Source: Armatimonadota bacterium (GTDB lineage Bacteria; Armatimonadota; UBA5829; DSUL01). From it: a stretch of 64,000 bases of DNA. The notes beneath the pieces were generated by a model, which was not told the DNA's origin, ran no database searches, and saw only the letters and a list, made by a program, of their open reading frames with translations. Below are positions 8,348-17,703 of the stretch, piece by piece (the first letter of the stretch is position 1; each line of letters begins with the position of its first letter). Location of the stretch: NCBI GenBank assembly GCA_039811685.1, contig JBDHZC010000005.1, positions 1 to 64,000 on the forward strand, in the 5' to 3' direction. A program made the translations under genes and the position numbers.

Positions 8348-9415
8348 ATGTCCAAGTCAACACACCCACAGCCAATCAGCGCCAGACTGTCGCCGCTAAT
8401 GATTGGAGACATTCGCATCTGGCCGCCACTGGTGCTTGCGCCAATGGCCGGAGCGACCAACCACGCCTTCCGCCTTCTGGCGCGCGAATGCGGCGATGTC
8501 GGGCTGGTCGTCTGTGAGATGATCTCCAGCTACGGTCTTTACTACAACAATGAGCGCACGCTGGACATGTTTGACTGGACGGATGCTGAGCGCCCGGTTT
8601 CCGTGCAGATTTTCGGCGCCGTGCCAGAGATCGTCGCTGAGGCCGCCCGCAAAGCTGAAGACGCCGGTGTGGACATGATTGATATCAACATGGGTTGCTG
8701 GGTGCCAAAAGTTGTGCGTACGGGCGCCTGTGCGGCTCTGTTGAAAGACTTGAAGCAGGCCAGGGCAGTCATTGAGGCTTGCGTCAACGCCACCAGCCTG
8801 CCTGTCACCGTCAAAACGCGCAAGGGCTGGGACCTGCGCGAAGCATGTGCGGTGGATGTGGCGCGCATCGCCGAGGACGCAGGCGTGAAAGCCATCACCA
8901 TTCACGGACGAGCGGCCAGTCAGGGCTTCAACGGCCAGTCCGACTCGAGCGTCATTGCCGAAGTCAAGCAGGCGGTCTCCATTCCGGTTATCGGGAATGG
9001 GGACATTCGCACGGTGGACGACGTGGAGCGCATGTTCCGCGAGACGGGCTGCGACGGAGTGATGCTGGGGCGCTCGGCGCTGGGCAATCCGTTCATCTTC
9101 CGGGAAGTCTGGGCCTGGCTTGACAGAGGCGAGCGCACAGGGCCACCCACCGCCCAGGAGCGCGCGCGGGCAGCGCTGCGCCACACTGTGCTGCAGGTGG
9201 AAGCGCTGGGGGAGGAGCGCGGCATCCGTGAGATGCGCGGACTGCTCCCGCACTATATCAAGGGACTTGAGAACGCGGCGCGTATCCGGCACGCTCTGAC
9301 CCAGGTGCGTACGGTGGCCGATGTGCAGAAGCTGCTGAGTCAGGTCGCAGAGTTGGACTGTGAGCACAATCTGGCGGAGCGCGCAGCCGTGAACTCCGGA
9401 GAAAGGGCAGCCTGA
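8348..9415 (+). CDS. dusB: tRNA-dihydrouridine synthase B
   Basis: 'LAPMAG', 'IDINMGC', 'TIHGR', 'IPVIGNGDI', 'GVMLGR..LGNP'. Confidence 0.9.
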   Translation: MSKSTHPQPISARLSPLMIGDIRIWPPLVLAPMAGATNHAFRLLARECGDVGLVVCEMISSYGLYYNNERTLDMFDWTDAERPVSVQIFGAVPEIVAEAARKAEDAGVDMIDINMGCWVPKVVRTGACAALLKDLKQARAVIEACVNATSLPVTVKTRKGWDLREACAVDVARIAEDAGVKAITIHGRAASQGFNGQSDSSVIAEVKQAVSIPVIGNGDIRTVDDVERMFRETGCDGVMLGRSALGNPFIFREVWAWLDRGERTGPPTAQERARAALRHTVLQVEALGEERGIREMRGLLPHYIKGLENAARIRHALTQVRTVADVQKLLSQVAELDCEHNLAERAAVNSGERAA

Positions 9416-9416
9416 G

Positions 9417-10394
9417 ATGTCTGTCTTTACACCTTCTCAGCCACCGGCAGGTCTGGAAGGCGGGGGGCCTTCTGGTTCGCTGAAGACCAAGAGGGTTGTC
9501 AGTGTCAGTCTGGGAAGCTCTGGCGGAGATTTCTCTGTCAGCGCGCAGTATCTCGGACAGCGCTTCGATATCTCCCGCATCGGAGTGAACGGCAATCTTG
9601 AAGCTTATGCGCGGAAGCTGCGGGAGCTGGACGGGCAGGTAGACGCGATCGGCCTTGGCGGAATTGACATGTACATCTTCGCCGGTGGCCGCCGTTACAC
9701 TCTTAGAGATGCGCGCCGTCTGGCGGAAAACGTCTCGCAAACGCCGGTTGTGGACGGCAGCGGCCTGAAGAACACTCTTGAGCGGCGCACAATGGAGGTG
9801 CTTGTCAACGAGCGAACTGTGGACTTTGAGCACACCAATACGCTGGTTGTGTGTGCGGTGGACCGCTTCGGGATGGCTGAGGCGGTGGCGGCGGCGGGCG
9901 GAGCGGCTATCTACGGCGACCTGATGTTCAATCTGGGATTGCCCTTTCCGATACGCTCTTTTGCCAATGTGCGCTGGCTTGCCGCGCTGATTCTGCCCGT
10001 GGTGACGCGCCTGCCGTTTTCGTGGATTTATCCCATTGGGGAGAAGCAGGACAAAGCTGTTCCGAAGTTTGAGTGGGCCTACCGGTGGGCGGACACGATT
10101 GTGGGAGACGGCCATCTCATCAAACGTCACATGCCGGCGGAGGCGGGGTCGCTGTCGGGTAAGACAATCATAACGAATACTACAACTCCGTCATTTCGGG
10201 ATCAGCTTCGGCAGCGCGGGCTCAGGCGGCTGATCACGACCACTCCCAGCTTTCAGGGACGCTCTCCCGGGACGAATGTCATGGAAGGGGTGCTTGTCGC
10301 CGCGACTGGACGGCGTCCGGAGGAGCTAACGGTGGATGACTACAACTGGATGCTGGATGAGTTGCAGTGGAAGCCGGAGATTACGGACCTTTGA
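9417..10394 (+). CDS. Conserved uncharacterised protein (family often labelled 'quinate 5-dehydrogenase')
   Basis: 'KRVVSVSLGSS', 'DAIGLGGID', 'PVVDGSGLKNTLER', 'DRFGMA', 'GRSPGTNVMEG'; function not established. Confidence 0.65.
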   Translation: MSVFTPSQPPAGLEGGGPSGSLKTKRVVSVSLGSSGGDFSVSAQYLGQRFDISRIGVNGNLEAYARKLRELDGQVDAIGLGGIDMYIFAGGRRYTLRDARRLAENVSQTPVVDGSGLKNTLERRTMEVLVNERTVDFEHTNTLVVCAVDRFGMAEAVAAAGGAAIYGDLMFNLGLPFPIRSFANVRWLAALILPVVTRLPFSWIYPIGEKQDKAVPKFEWAYRWADTIVGDGHLIKRHMPAEAGSLSGKTIITNTTTPSFRDQLRQRGLRRLITTTPSFQGRSPGTNVMEGVLVAATGRRPEELTVDDYNWMLDELQWKPEITDL

Positions 10395-10483
10395 GCCCGT
10401 GATGAAGCGCTCGCGCCGTCGAGTGCTTCCGTATCCGGGTTATACTGAGTGTGACTGCATCGCGTCGCAGTGTGAGAGGGTTT

Positions 10484-11227
10484 ATGTCCTGGTTATACAC
10501 AAGCTTGATTCTTACGATTCTGTGTGCCGCCGTGAGCGTTGACGCCGGCATAACCGCCGCAAAGATGGACCGCGCCTTCAAGAAACAGGTGCGCTCTGAC
10601 TATCTGCTTTATCTTCCCGCTGACTACGGCAAGGACAAAGACAGGAAATGGCCGCTGCTGCTGTTCCTGCACGGAGCTGGAGAGCGTGGCAGCGATGTGC
10701 AGCGGGTCAAAATCCACGGGCCGCTCAAGGAAGCGGAGAAGGGCAGGAGTTTCGAGTTTATTATCGTCGCCCCGCAATGTCCGGAGAGCGACTGGTGGGA
10801 CCGGAAGCTGGACACGCTTTCGGCGCTCCTGGACGACGTTGAAGAGCGCTACAGTGTGGACAAGAGCCGCGTTTACTGCACGGGCTTGAGTATGGGCGGC
10901 TTTGGAACGTGGGCGATGGCCATCGAGTATCCGAAGCGCTTTGCGGCAGTGGCGCCCATCTGCGGGGGAGGGACCCGGTTTGCGGCGTGCCTGATGAAGG
11001 ACGTACCCGTGTGGGTTTTTCACGGCGCCAAGGACCCGGTCGTGCCAATTGCGCGTTCTCAGGAGATGGTAGATGCGCTCAAAGAATGTGGGGCCCCGGA
11101 GGTGAAGTTCACCATCTATCCGGAAGCCGGGCATGACTCCTGGACCCAGACCTACGAAAATCCGGAGTTTTACGACTGGCTGCTTGCGCACCAGCTCAAG
11201 AGTGTTGCGCAGTCTGCGAAGCCTTAG
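10484..11227 (+). CDS. Secreted alpha/beta hydrolase (esterase/peptidase, COG4099-like)
   Basis: Signal peptide; 'LLLFLHGAGERG', nucleophile elbow GLSMGG, 'FHGAKDPVVP', 'GHDSW'. Confidence 0.88.
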   Translation: MSWLYTSLILTILCAAVSVDAGITAAKMDRAFKKQVRSDYLLYLPADYGKDKDRKWPLLLFLHGAGERGSDVQRVKIHGPLKEAEKGRSFEFIIVAPQCPESDWWDRKLDTLSALLDDVEERYSVDKSRVYCTGLSMGGFGTWAMAIEYPKRFAAVAPICGGGTRFAACLMKDVPVWVFHGAKDPVVPIARSQEMVDALKECGAPEVKFTIYPEAGHDSWTQTYENPEFYDWLLAHQLKSVAQSAKP

Positions 11228-11230
11228 TTC

Positions 11231-12328
11231 ATGGAAAAGTTTGCCTTCGTCATACATCCTCTGAGCGCGCGCGATGTCGCAAAGAAATACCCAATCGCGC
11301 GCTATCTTCCGGAGCGGGTGGTCGAGTGGGGCATTAAGCGAAAACAGCCGATGCTGCTCAGCCATATCACCGGCGTGCGCTCACCGGACGGAAGGGAGGC
11401 CGAAGGCTGGTTCATCGCCTGTCCGCTCACGCCCCGCCAGCTTCTGACGCTTCCGCAGGAGGAGGTGTGGTCCAGGCTTCAGATATGCGCTGACATTGCG
11501 CGGGAGCAAGGCGCCAGAATCATGGGGCTTGGCGCGTTTACATCGGTGGTTGGGGACGGTGGCAGGACGTTGGCCGGACGCACGGATATAGCCATCACCA
11601 CAGGTAACAGCTACACAGTAGCAACGGCGGTTCAGGGCGCGCGACGGGCGGCGGAGCTGTTGGAGATTCCGAGGTCTGAGGCGACGGTGGCGGTAGTCGG
11701 CGCGACTGGCTCCATCGGGCGCACGAGCGCCAGAATTATGGCTCGCCACTATCCGAATCTCGTGCTCATCGGACGGTCAACAGACAAGCTGGAGACTCTG
11801 GCGGAGGAGATCCGCAACGAGTCCAGCGCCCGAGTCTCTATCAGCACAAGCGCCGCCCAGAGCCTTCCCGAAGCGGACATCACCATCACCGTCACCAGCG
11901 CGGTGGACGCTGTTATCGAGCCGGAGTATCTGAAACGGGGCTCTGTTGTGTGCGATGTCGCACGCCCGAGAGACGTTTCGGTCCGCGTGGCGCAGCAGCG
12001 GGACGATGTTCTGGTGATCGAGGGCGGAGTCGTTCAGGTGCCGGGAGATGTGGAGTTCAACTTTGACTTTGGATTTCCGCGCAAAACCGCCTATGCGTGC
12101 ATGTCCGAGACGATGGCGCTGGCGCTGAACCGGCGCTACGAGAATTATACGCTCGGCAAGGACGTTTCGGTGGAGCAGGTGGACGAGATCACAGAGCTGG
12201 CCGAAGGCGCCGGTTTTCGTCTGGGAGGGTTTCGCAGCTTCGAGAAAGCCGTGGAAGAAGAGACGATCGAGCGTATCATTGACAATGCGCGCAGGCGGCG
12301 CGGCCAGAGCGACGCAGTTTACCGCTAG
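11231..12328 (+). CDS. COG5322 / acyl-ACP-reductase-like NAD(P)-dependent oxidoreductase
   Basis: 'FAFVIHP', 'LGAFTSVV', 'TTGNSYT', 'VVGATGSIG', 'DVARPRD', 'YACMSETM', 'GFRL'. Confidence 0.8.
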   Translation: MEKFAFVIHPLSARDVAKKYPIARYLPERVVEWGIKRKQPMLLSHITGVRSPDGREAEGWFIACPLTPRQLLTLPQEEVWSRLQICADIAREQGARIMGLGAFTSVVGDGGRTLAGRTDIAITTGNSYTVATAVQGARRAAELLEIPRSEATVAVVGATGSIGRTSARIMARHYPNLVLIGRSTDKLETLAEEIRNESSARVSISTSAAQSLPEADITITVTSAVDAVIEPEYLKRGSVVCDVARPRDVSVRVAQQRDDVLVIEGGVVQVPGDVEFNFDFGFPRKTAYACMSETMALALNRRYENYTLGKDVSVEQVDEITELAEGAGFRLGGFRSFEKAVEEETIERIIDNARRRRGQSDAVYR

Positions 12329-12428
12329 GCTGTGTGGCAACCCGAAGGCCGCAACGCTTCACCTGCTATAAACCAGCTAGCTCCAGCCGCGAATGCGCAG
12401 TTCGACAGATCAGACTCGCGGGAGGGAG

Positions 12429-13361
12429 CTATCCCGCAGCCAGCACCTGGTCGATAGTCTGGCGCAGGACTTTCGCGCCTTCCTGCAACTTGGTCTGCTC
12501 TTCAGCAGCGAGCTTCGGCACAATCACTTCCAAAGCGCCGTTCCGCCCGACGACGGTTGGCAACGAGAAGCAGACGTCGCTGATTCCCAACTGTCCCTGC
12601 ATCAGTGTGGAGACCGGCAGCACGCTGTGGGAGTCCTCGGCGATGGCTTTCACCAGCTCGCGAATCGCCCAGCCCACCGCATAGCCCGCGCCTCCCTTGA
12701 GACGAATGACCTCAGCGCCGCTCTTGCGCGTGAACTCCGTCACCTCCTGCAACTCCTGTTCCGATCCTCTGGGATGGCTGGAGATAGGGACGCCGCCCAC
12801 AGTCGCAGACGACCATATCGGCACCATGCTGTCGCCATGCTCTCCGAGCATCCACACGTTGACGGAGAGTGGATCCGCGCCCAGATGCTCCGCGACCAGT
12901 GAACGGAAGCGTGTGGTGTCCAGCAGTGTGCCCAGGCCAATGACGCGCTGCGCCGGGATACCAAAATCTTTCACGGCCAGATAGGTGAGAATGTCAACCG
13001 GGTTGGATACCACAACCAGCACCGCGTTGTCAGCCAGTTTCACCTTCTTGCACTCGTCCAGAATGGACCGGAACAGTCCGACGTTGCGGTTGATGAGATC
13101 CAGTCGGCTTTCGTCGGGCTTGCGGCGCAGCCCTGCCGTCACCACGAGAATGTCCGCACCCTCAGCAGCGCTGTAGCCGCCGGATGTGAAGACCTGAGAG
13201 CCCGCCAGCGACGCGCCGTGGCGCAAATCCAGCGCTTCTCCGGCCGCCATCTCCTCGTTGACGTCAATCAGCGCAATCTCACGCGCTACGGCTCCAAACT
13301 GCAGGCACAGCGCCGCATTGGAGCCAACGCGCCCCCCTCCACCAACAATCGCTACTTTCAT
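12429..13361 (-). CDS. Lactate/malate dehydrogenase family protein
   Basis: 'IVGGGGRVG', 'TAGLRRKPDESRLDL', 'SNPVD', 'GTLLDTTR', 'GEHGDS'. Confidence 0.92.
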   Translation of the reverse strand: MKVAIVGGGGRVGSNAALCLQFGAVAREIALIDVNEEMAAGEALDLRHGASLAGSQVFTSGGYSAAEGADILVVTAGLRRKPDESRLDLINRNVGLFRSILDECKKVKLADNAVLVVVSNPVDILTYLAVKDFGIPAQRVIGLGTLLDTTRFRSLVAEHLGADPLSVNVWMLGEHGDSMVPIWSSATVGGVPISSHPRGSEQELQEVTEFTRKSGAEVIRLKGGAGYAVGWAIRELVKAIAEDSHSVLPVSTLMQGQLGISDVCFSLPTVVGRNGALEVIVPKLAAEEQTKLQEGAKVLRQTIDQVLAAG

Positions 13362-13655
13362 TTTCTAACTCTGCCTCCAAACGCTCAACATTTACCCTGC
13401 TCAGAACGCCCGTCGCACCTGGCTCGAAAGAGGCGTCCCGTCCCGCTCGCGCCTACGGGCTTTTGTGGCAGATTATGGCGTCACAGACCGCTATAGTCAA
13501 ACGTCCGCAAACCGTTCGGCCGCCCGTTTACTCTGCGACACCGTCAGGCTCCGCGCAGTATTTGTGAAAATACGCACACCTTTCAGGGGTTGCTCGTCGG
13601 CCGGCGCGGGAAAGATAGACTGAGCCGCGTCAGGTAGCGAGGGAACACTGCTGAG

Positions 13656-15089
13656 ATGGAAACACCGGAAAACGCCTGCAAGAGTACACAAGCCCACCAC
13701 CGCCCGCGTGTGGTCATCGTCGGAGCTGGTTTCGGTGGTTTGTGGGCAGCCAGGCAACTGCGTCGCGCGCCTGTGGACGTGACGCTGATAGACCAGAACA
13801 ACTACCACACCTTTGTGCCGCTGCTCTACCAGGTGGCCGCTGCGGAGTTGGAGCCGGAGGCGATTATATCCCCCGTGCGCAGCCTGCTGCGCGGACAGAA
13901 AAATATCCGCTTTGCGCTGGGGCGGGTGATGGATGTCGATCTGGAAAGGCGTCTGGTACGCACGCAGACGAACGAGTTTGCTTACGACTACCTCGTTATG
14001 GCCAGCGGCAGCCGCAGTCACTTTTTCGGAATCCCCGGCGCGAATGAGCACACCTACCCTCTGAAAAGCCTCAAACAGGGAGTTGCGCTGCGCAATCGGA
14101 TTCTGTGCTGCTTTGAAAACGCGGCGCAGCAGACAGACCCCCGGCGCCGGGCGCGCCTGCTCACTTTCGTCATCGTAGGCGGTGGGCCGACCGGAGTGGA
14201 GTTTGCCGGAGCGCTCTCCGAGCTTGTGCGCGGTCCTTTAGTCAGGGACTATCCGTGGTTGAACCGGGGCGATGCGCGAATTGTGCTTCTGGAAGCCTCG
14301 GACCGGCTCCTTTCGACAATGCCCGCAAGGCTCGGCCGCTACGCCGCGGCGCGGCTCAGGAAGATGGGCGTTGAAGTGCGCCTCAACACCCCCGTCACGC
14401 GCGTCACCCCGGAGTTTGTAGAGCTATCCGGCAAGGAACAGATTTTCACGCCTACCGCCGTGTGGACAGCCGGAGTCAGCGGAGACCCTCTCAGCGCCTC
14501 AGTCCAACTTCCGATCGGGAAGGGCAACCGCGTCAGTGTACGGGACACGCTTCAGATTGATGACCGACCGGAGGTTTTTGTGGTTGGCGACACGGCCATC
14601 GGCCAGGGTGCTGCGGCGCTGCCGATGCTGGCGCCCGTGGCGACTCAGCAGGGTGTTCATGTGGCTCGCAGCATCGCAAGATCTGCTCGAGGAAAGCCAG
14701 TCAAGCCTTTTCGCTACTTTGACAAGGGGACGATGGCCACCATCGGGCGCAATGCGGCGGTGGCGCACATCCGGTGGCTGTCCTTTACCGGCCTTATGGC
14801 CTGGGTGTTGTGGTTGGCAGTTCACCTGTACGAGCTCATCGGCTTTCGCAACCGCCTGATTGTGCTGGTTAACTGGGCGTGGGACTACCTCTTCGTGGAC
14901 CGCCCCATCCGCCTGATAATGTCACCGGCAAACGGCCCGGCTTCCAGCACTGCGAAGCCGTCCTATCCCTGCGAGTCCGCTGAAGTCACGCAACCGCCCC
15001 CAGAGGCTGCGTCTGCGCAAGTCCCGCCTCTCGAGCCAGCCACCGGGAAGTCTGATCTTGCAGAGCCGGTGGGCGCGCCGGGGCGCTAA
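13656..15089 (+). CDS. ndh: Type II NADH:quinone oxidoreductase (NDH-2)
   Basis: 'VVIVGAGFGG', 'PLLYQVA', 'IVGGGPTGVEFAG', 'FRYFDKGTMATIGR', 'GFRNR'. Confidence 0.92.
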   Translation: METPENACKSTQAHHRPRVVIVGAGFGGLWAARQLRRAPVDVTLIDQNNYHTFVPLLYQVAAAELEPEAIISPVRSLLRGQKNIRFALGRVMDVDLERRLVRTQTNEFAYDYLVMASGSRSHFFGIPGANEHTYPLKSLKQGVALRNRILCCFENAAQQTDPRRRARLLTFVIVGGGPTGVEFAGALSELVRGPLVRDYPWLNRGDARIVLLEASDRLLSTMPARLGRYAAARLRKMGVEVRLNTPVTRVTPEFVELSGKEQIFTPTAVWTAGVSGDPLSASVQLPIGKGNRVSVRDTLQIDDRPEVFVVGDTAIGQGAAALPMLAPVATQQGVHVARSIARSARGKPVKPFRYFDKGTMATIGRNAAVAHIRWLSFTGLMAWVLWLAVHLYELIGFRNRLIVLVNWAWDYLFVDRPIRLIMSPANGPASSTAKPSYPCESAEVTQPPPEAASAQVPPLEPATGKSDLAEPVGAPGR

Positions 15090-15177
15090 ATTTCGCGGAA
15101 TCGGTTTCACACAATCGCCCGCAGTCTGGTATACTTAGTATGACGGATGTCATTTTTGTGTCTGGCGGTTGTGCTCC

Positions 15178-17613
15178 ATGCGAACTTTTCTCCTTACTCT
15201 GGCTTTAGTGTGTCTGGCGCATCTGGGCGCCTGCGCCTCAACAGTTTACCTGATCGGTCCGACCGGGTCGTTGACGGCGGTGCGCCGCCCCGGCTCCACC
15301 CTGGAGCAGGCCGCAAGGCAGCTTGTGATGGGGCCGACGCGGGCAGAAAAGACCCGTGGCCTCTCCTCCGCTATCCCGGCTGGCGCGTCTGTGCGCGGTG
15401 TCAGCGTGGAAGGTTCGAGTGCGACTGTTGATCTCACGGGCATCTCTGGCCCGCTCGGCGACACTCAGGTTGACGCGATTATCAAGCAGATTGCGGCTCT
15501 TGGCGAAGCTGACGGCTTGAACGTGCGGGTCCTTGTGGACGGCGGCCCCGTGGATGCACTGCGCTACCCTGAAACATTTGTGGAGCCAATGCCGCGCTCC
15601 TCAGCTCAGCTTGCCGCCTCCGGGGCCCTGTCAGGCAAGCGCATCACCGTCAGCCCCGGACACGGCTGGTACTGGAATGGCAGCGCCTACTACACGCAGC
15701 GGGGCACAAACTGCGCTCTGGAGCCGGAGGACTTTCACAACCTGCGCATTACGCAGTATCTGAACACTTATCTTGAAGCGGATGGAGCTATTGTTTACCG
15801 CACGCGCGAGACTGACATGAACCGGGGTAACCACCCGCTGTCCGCGAAGCCCTGGTGGCAGATGTGCGCTCCGTTTTATCTGTACGACAAGGGGTATCCC
15901 CGCTCCGTGTACGCCACTATCACCGGCACCGCCCAGCCCGGCGTAGGCGCTGTCAATCAGATGGACGATGACAGGCGCTCCCGGCCGGAGGCGTCCAATC
16001 TTGACGGCGCCGATCTGTACGCAGCGCTGCACACCAACGCTTTCCAGGGTGACTGTTTTGGCGCTGGATGCCCCACGGGAATCGAGTGTTATGCGGATGA
16101 AACTCAGCTTGGCGGCTTCTACCCTCAATCCCTGTCGCTGGCAGGCAAAGTGCAGACGGCAGTTTACGCGGCTGTGCGGGCAACCTACCAGGCCGCCTAT
16201 CCCTGCCGGAACGCCTGTCAGCCGCGCACCAATCAGGCCTTCACGGAGATTCACTTTCCCAGACGCCCGGCTTTGCTTCTGGAGTTCGGTTTCCACGACT
16301 CATGCGACACAGACGTGGTTGCGCTTAAGGATGAGGTTTTCCGCTCGGCGGGAATGTGGGGGTATTACAAGGGCATCTGCGACTACTTCGGGGTCACCCC
16401 CACGTGGGATCTGCGCTCCTATGAGATCGTCTCGACCAGCTTCCCCGCTGTGGTAAAGGGCGGGACTTCTTTCACAGGGTCAATCACGCTGCGAAACCGC
16501 GGGTGTGTGTGGAACGAGCAACATCAGTTCCGGCTCGGCGTGGCTAACGCCAATCCCCTGAGCGCTCCGACCCGCGTGAGTGTGGCTGGCAACGTCGGTC
16601 CGGGGGAGACCGTCACGTTCAATATCCCCATGAACGCGCCTGCGACCGATGGCAACTTCATCAGCGCCTGGCGCATGATTCAGGACGAGCGCTCGGCCTG
16701 GTTCGGGCCTATGATCGCTAATATCGTTCCCGTGGACGCAAGCCCGCCAAGCCTGCCCGTGTTCATCCCCGGCCCGATGGCTGTGAGCTCCGGGCCTCTG
16801 CAGTTTTCGTGGCAGCCTTCCACGGACGCTATCTCCGGCGTTAACCGCTATGAGTACCGCATCCTGGACGGTCTGCAGCAGCCGATGAGCTCCTGGATTT
16901 CCAATGGCGCCAGCACAAGTGTCACTATTCCGGGGTCTTATCCCACGGGCAGCAAGTACTATCTGGAGCTCAGAGTGGTTGACAATGTTGGGAACACAAG
17001 CGTATCTGTTGTCTCTCCAGGCGTCGTCATCAACAGCGCAAAGAGAATCGGGCAGGTAAAGCAGGACGCGGACGGCGCGTTCGAGTACATTTCATCCGCT
17101 CTGGTCACTGCCACATTCCCGGGGCAGATTTACATTCAGGAGAGCGACCGGTCAGCGGGGATCCGTCTGGATTCCTCTGAGTCTAAAGCGCCGGGCCAGG
17201 AAGTGCTGGTGACCGGAAAGCTGGCCACAACGGATGGTGAGCGCGCTTTGCAGAGGGTAGAGCTCAGGGACAACGCGCAACAGGGAGGACCTGCCACACT
17301 GACCCCGCTGTCAATGAGCAACAAGCAGTTGGGCGGTGAGCCGCTTGGCGCCTTTACCCCCGGTGTGGCAGATGCGTACGGGATGCACAATCTGGGGCTT
17401 TACGTAAGAGTGTGGGGCGTTGTGACACAGGTTGGCGCGGAAGGCTTCCGCATCAGCGACGGCTCCCTGCCGGACGGCGTCTGGATTGAGTGCCCGGTAT
17501 TGCACAAGCCGTCGCTTGGTGAGATGGCGATCGTGACAGGTGTGTCGGTTCCGCGTCCCGGCAGTATGGCGCGCAGCGTACGAGTCTCAGCGGACGCGGA
17601 CATCATCCCGTAG
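15178..17613 (+). CDS. Secreted GerMN + N-acetylmuramoyl-L-alanine amidase (Amidase_3) + Ig/FN3-like domains + C-terminal module
   Basis: GerMN 'GPTRAEKTRGLSSAIP'; amidase ligands in 'SPGHG', 'EDFHN', 'LHTNA', 'LLEFGFH'; 'LRNRG..W', 'VGPGETVTF'; 'W.PSTDAISGV..YEY'. Confidence 0.8.
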   Translation: MRTFLLTLALVCLAHLGACASTVYLIGPTGSLTAVRRPGSTLEQAARQLVMGPTRAEKTRGLSSAIPAGASVRGVSVEGSSATVDLTGISGPLGDTQVDAIIKQIAALGEADGLNVRVLVDGGPVDALRYPETFVEPMPRSSAQLAASGALSGKRITVSPGHGWYWNGSAYYTQRGTNCALEPEDFHNLRITQYLNTYLEADGAIVYRTRETDMNRGNHPLSAKPWWQMCAPFYLYDKGYPRSVYATITGTAQPGVGAVNQMDDDRRSRPEASNLDGADLYAALHTNAFQGDCFGAGCPTGIECYADETQLGGFYPQSLSLAGKVQTAVYAAVRATYQAAYPCRNACQPRTNQAFTEIHFPRRPALLLEFGFHDSCDTDVVALKDEVFRSAGMWGYYKGICDYFGVTPTWDLRSYEIVSTSFPAVVKGGTSFTGSITLRNRGCVWNEQHQFRLGVANANPLSAPTRVSVAGNVGPGETVTFNIPMNAPATDGNFISAWRMIQDERSAWFGPMIANIVPVDASPPSLPVFIPGPMAVSSGPLQFSWQPSTDAISGVNRYEYRILDGLQQPMSSWISNGASTSVTIPGSYPTGSKYYLELRVVDNVGNTSVSVVSPGVVINSAKRIGQVKQDADGAFEYISSALVTATFPGQIYIQESDRSAGIRLDSSESKAPGQEVLVTGKLATTDGERALQRVELRDNAQQGGPATLTPLSMSNKQLGGEPLGAFTPGVADAYGMHNLGLYVRVWGVVTQVGAEGFRISDGSLPDGVWIECPVLHKPSLGEMAIVTGVSVPRPGSMARSVRVSADADIIP

Positions 17614-17703
17614 CGCGCTTTGCGTTCGGCTGTGCGCTGCATGGTATAATACCGGCATCCGTGGCCCTGTCCACTCAGTGCCCAAGACCTCAAAGACGAC
17701 GTT

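Noticed and set aside
8396..11365. Long antisense ORFs (323, 290 and 290 aa) and similar shadow ORFs across the window
   Set aside because: They lie opposite well-supported genes, which is expected in high-GC DNA, and have no recognisable motifs.
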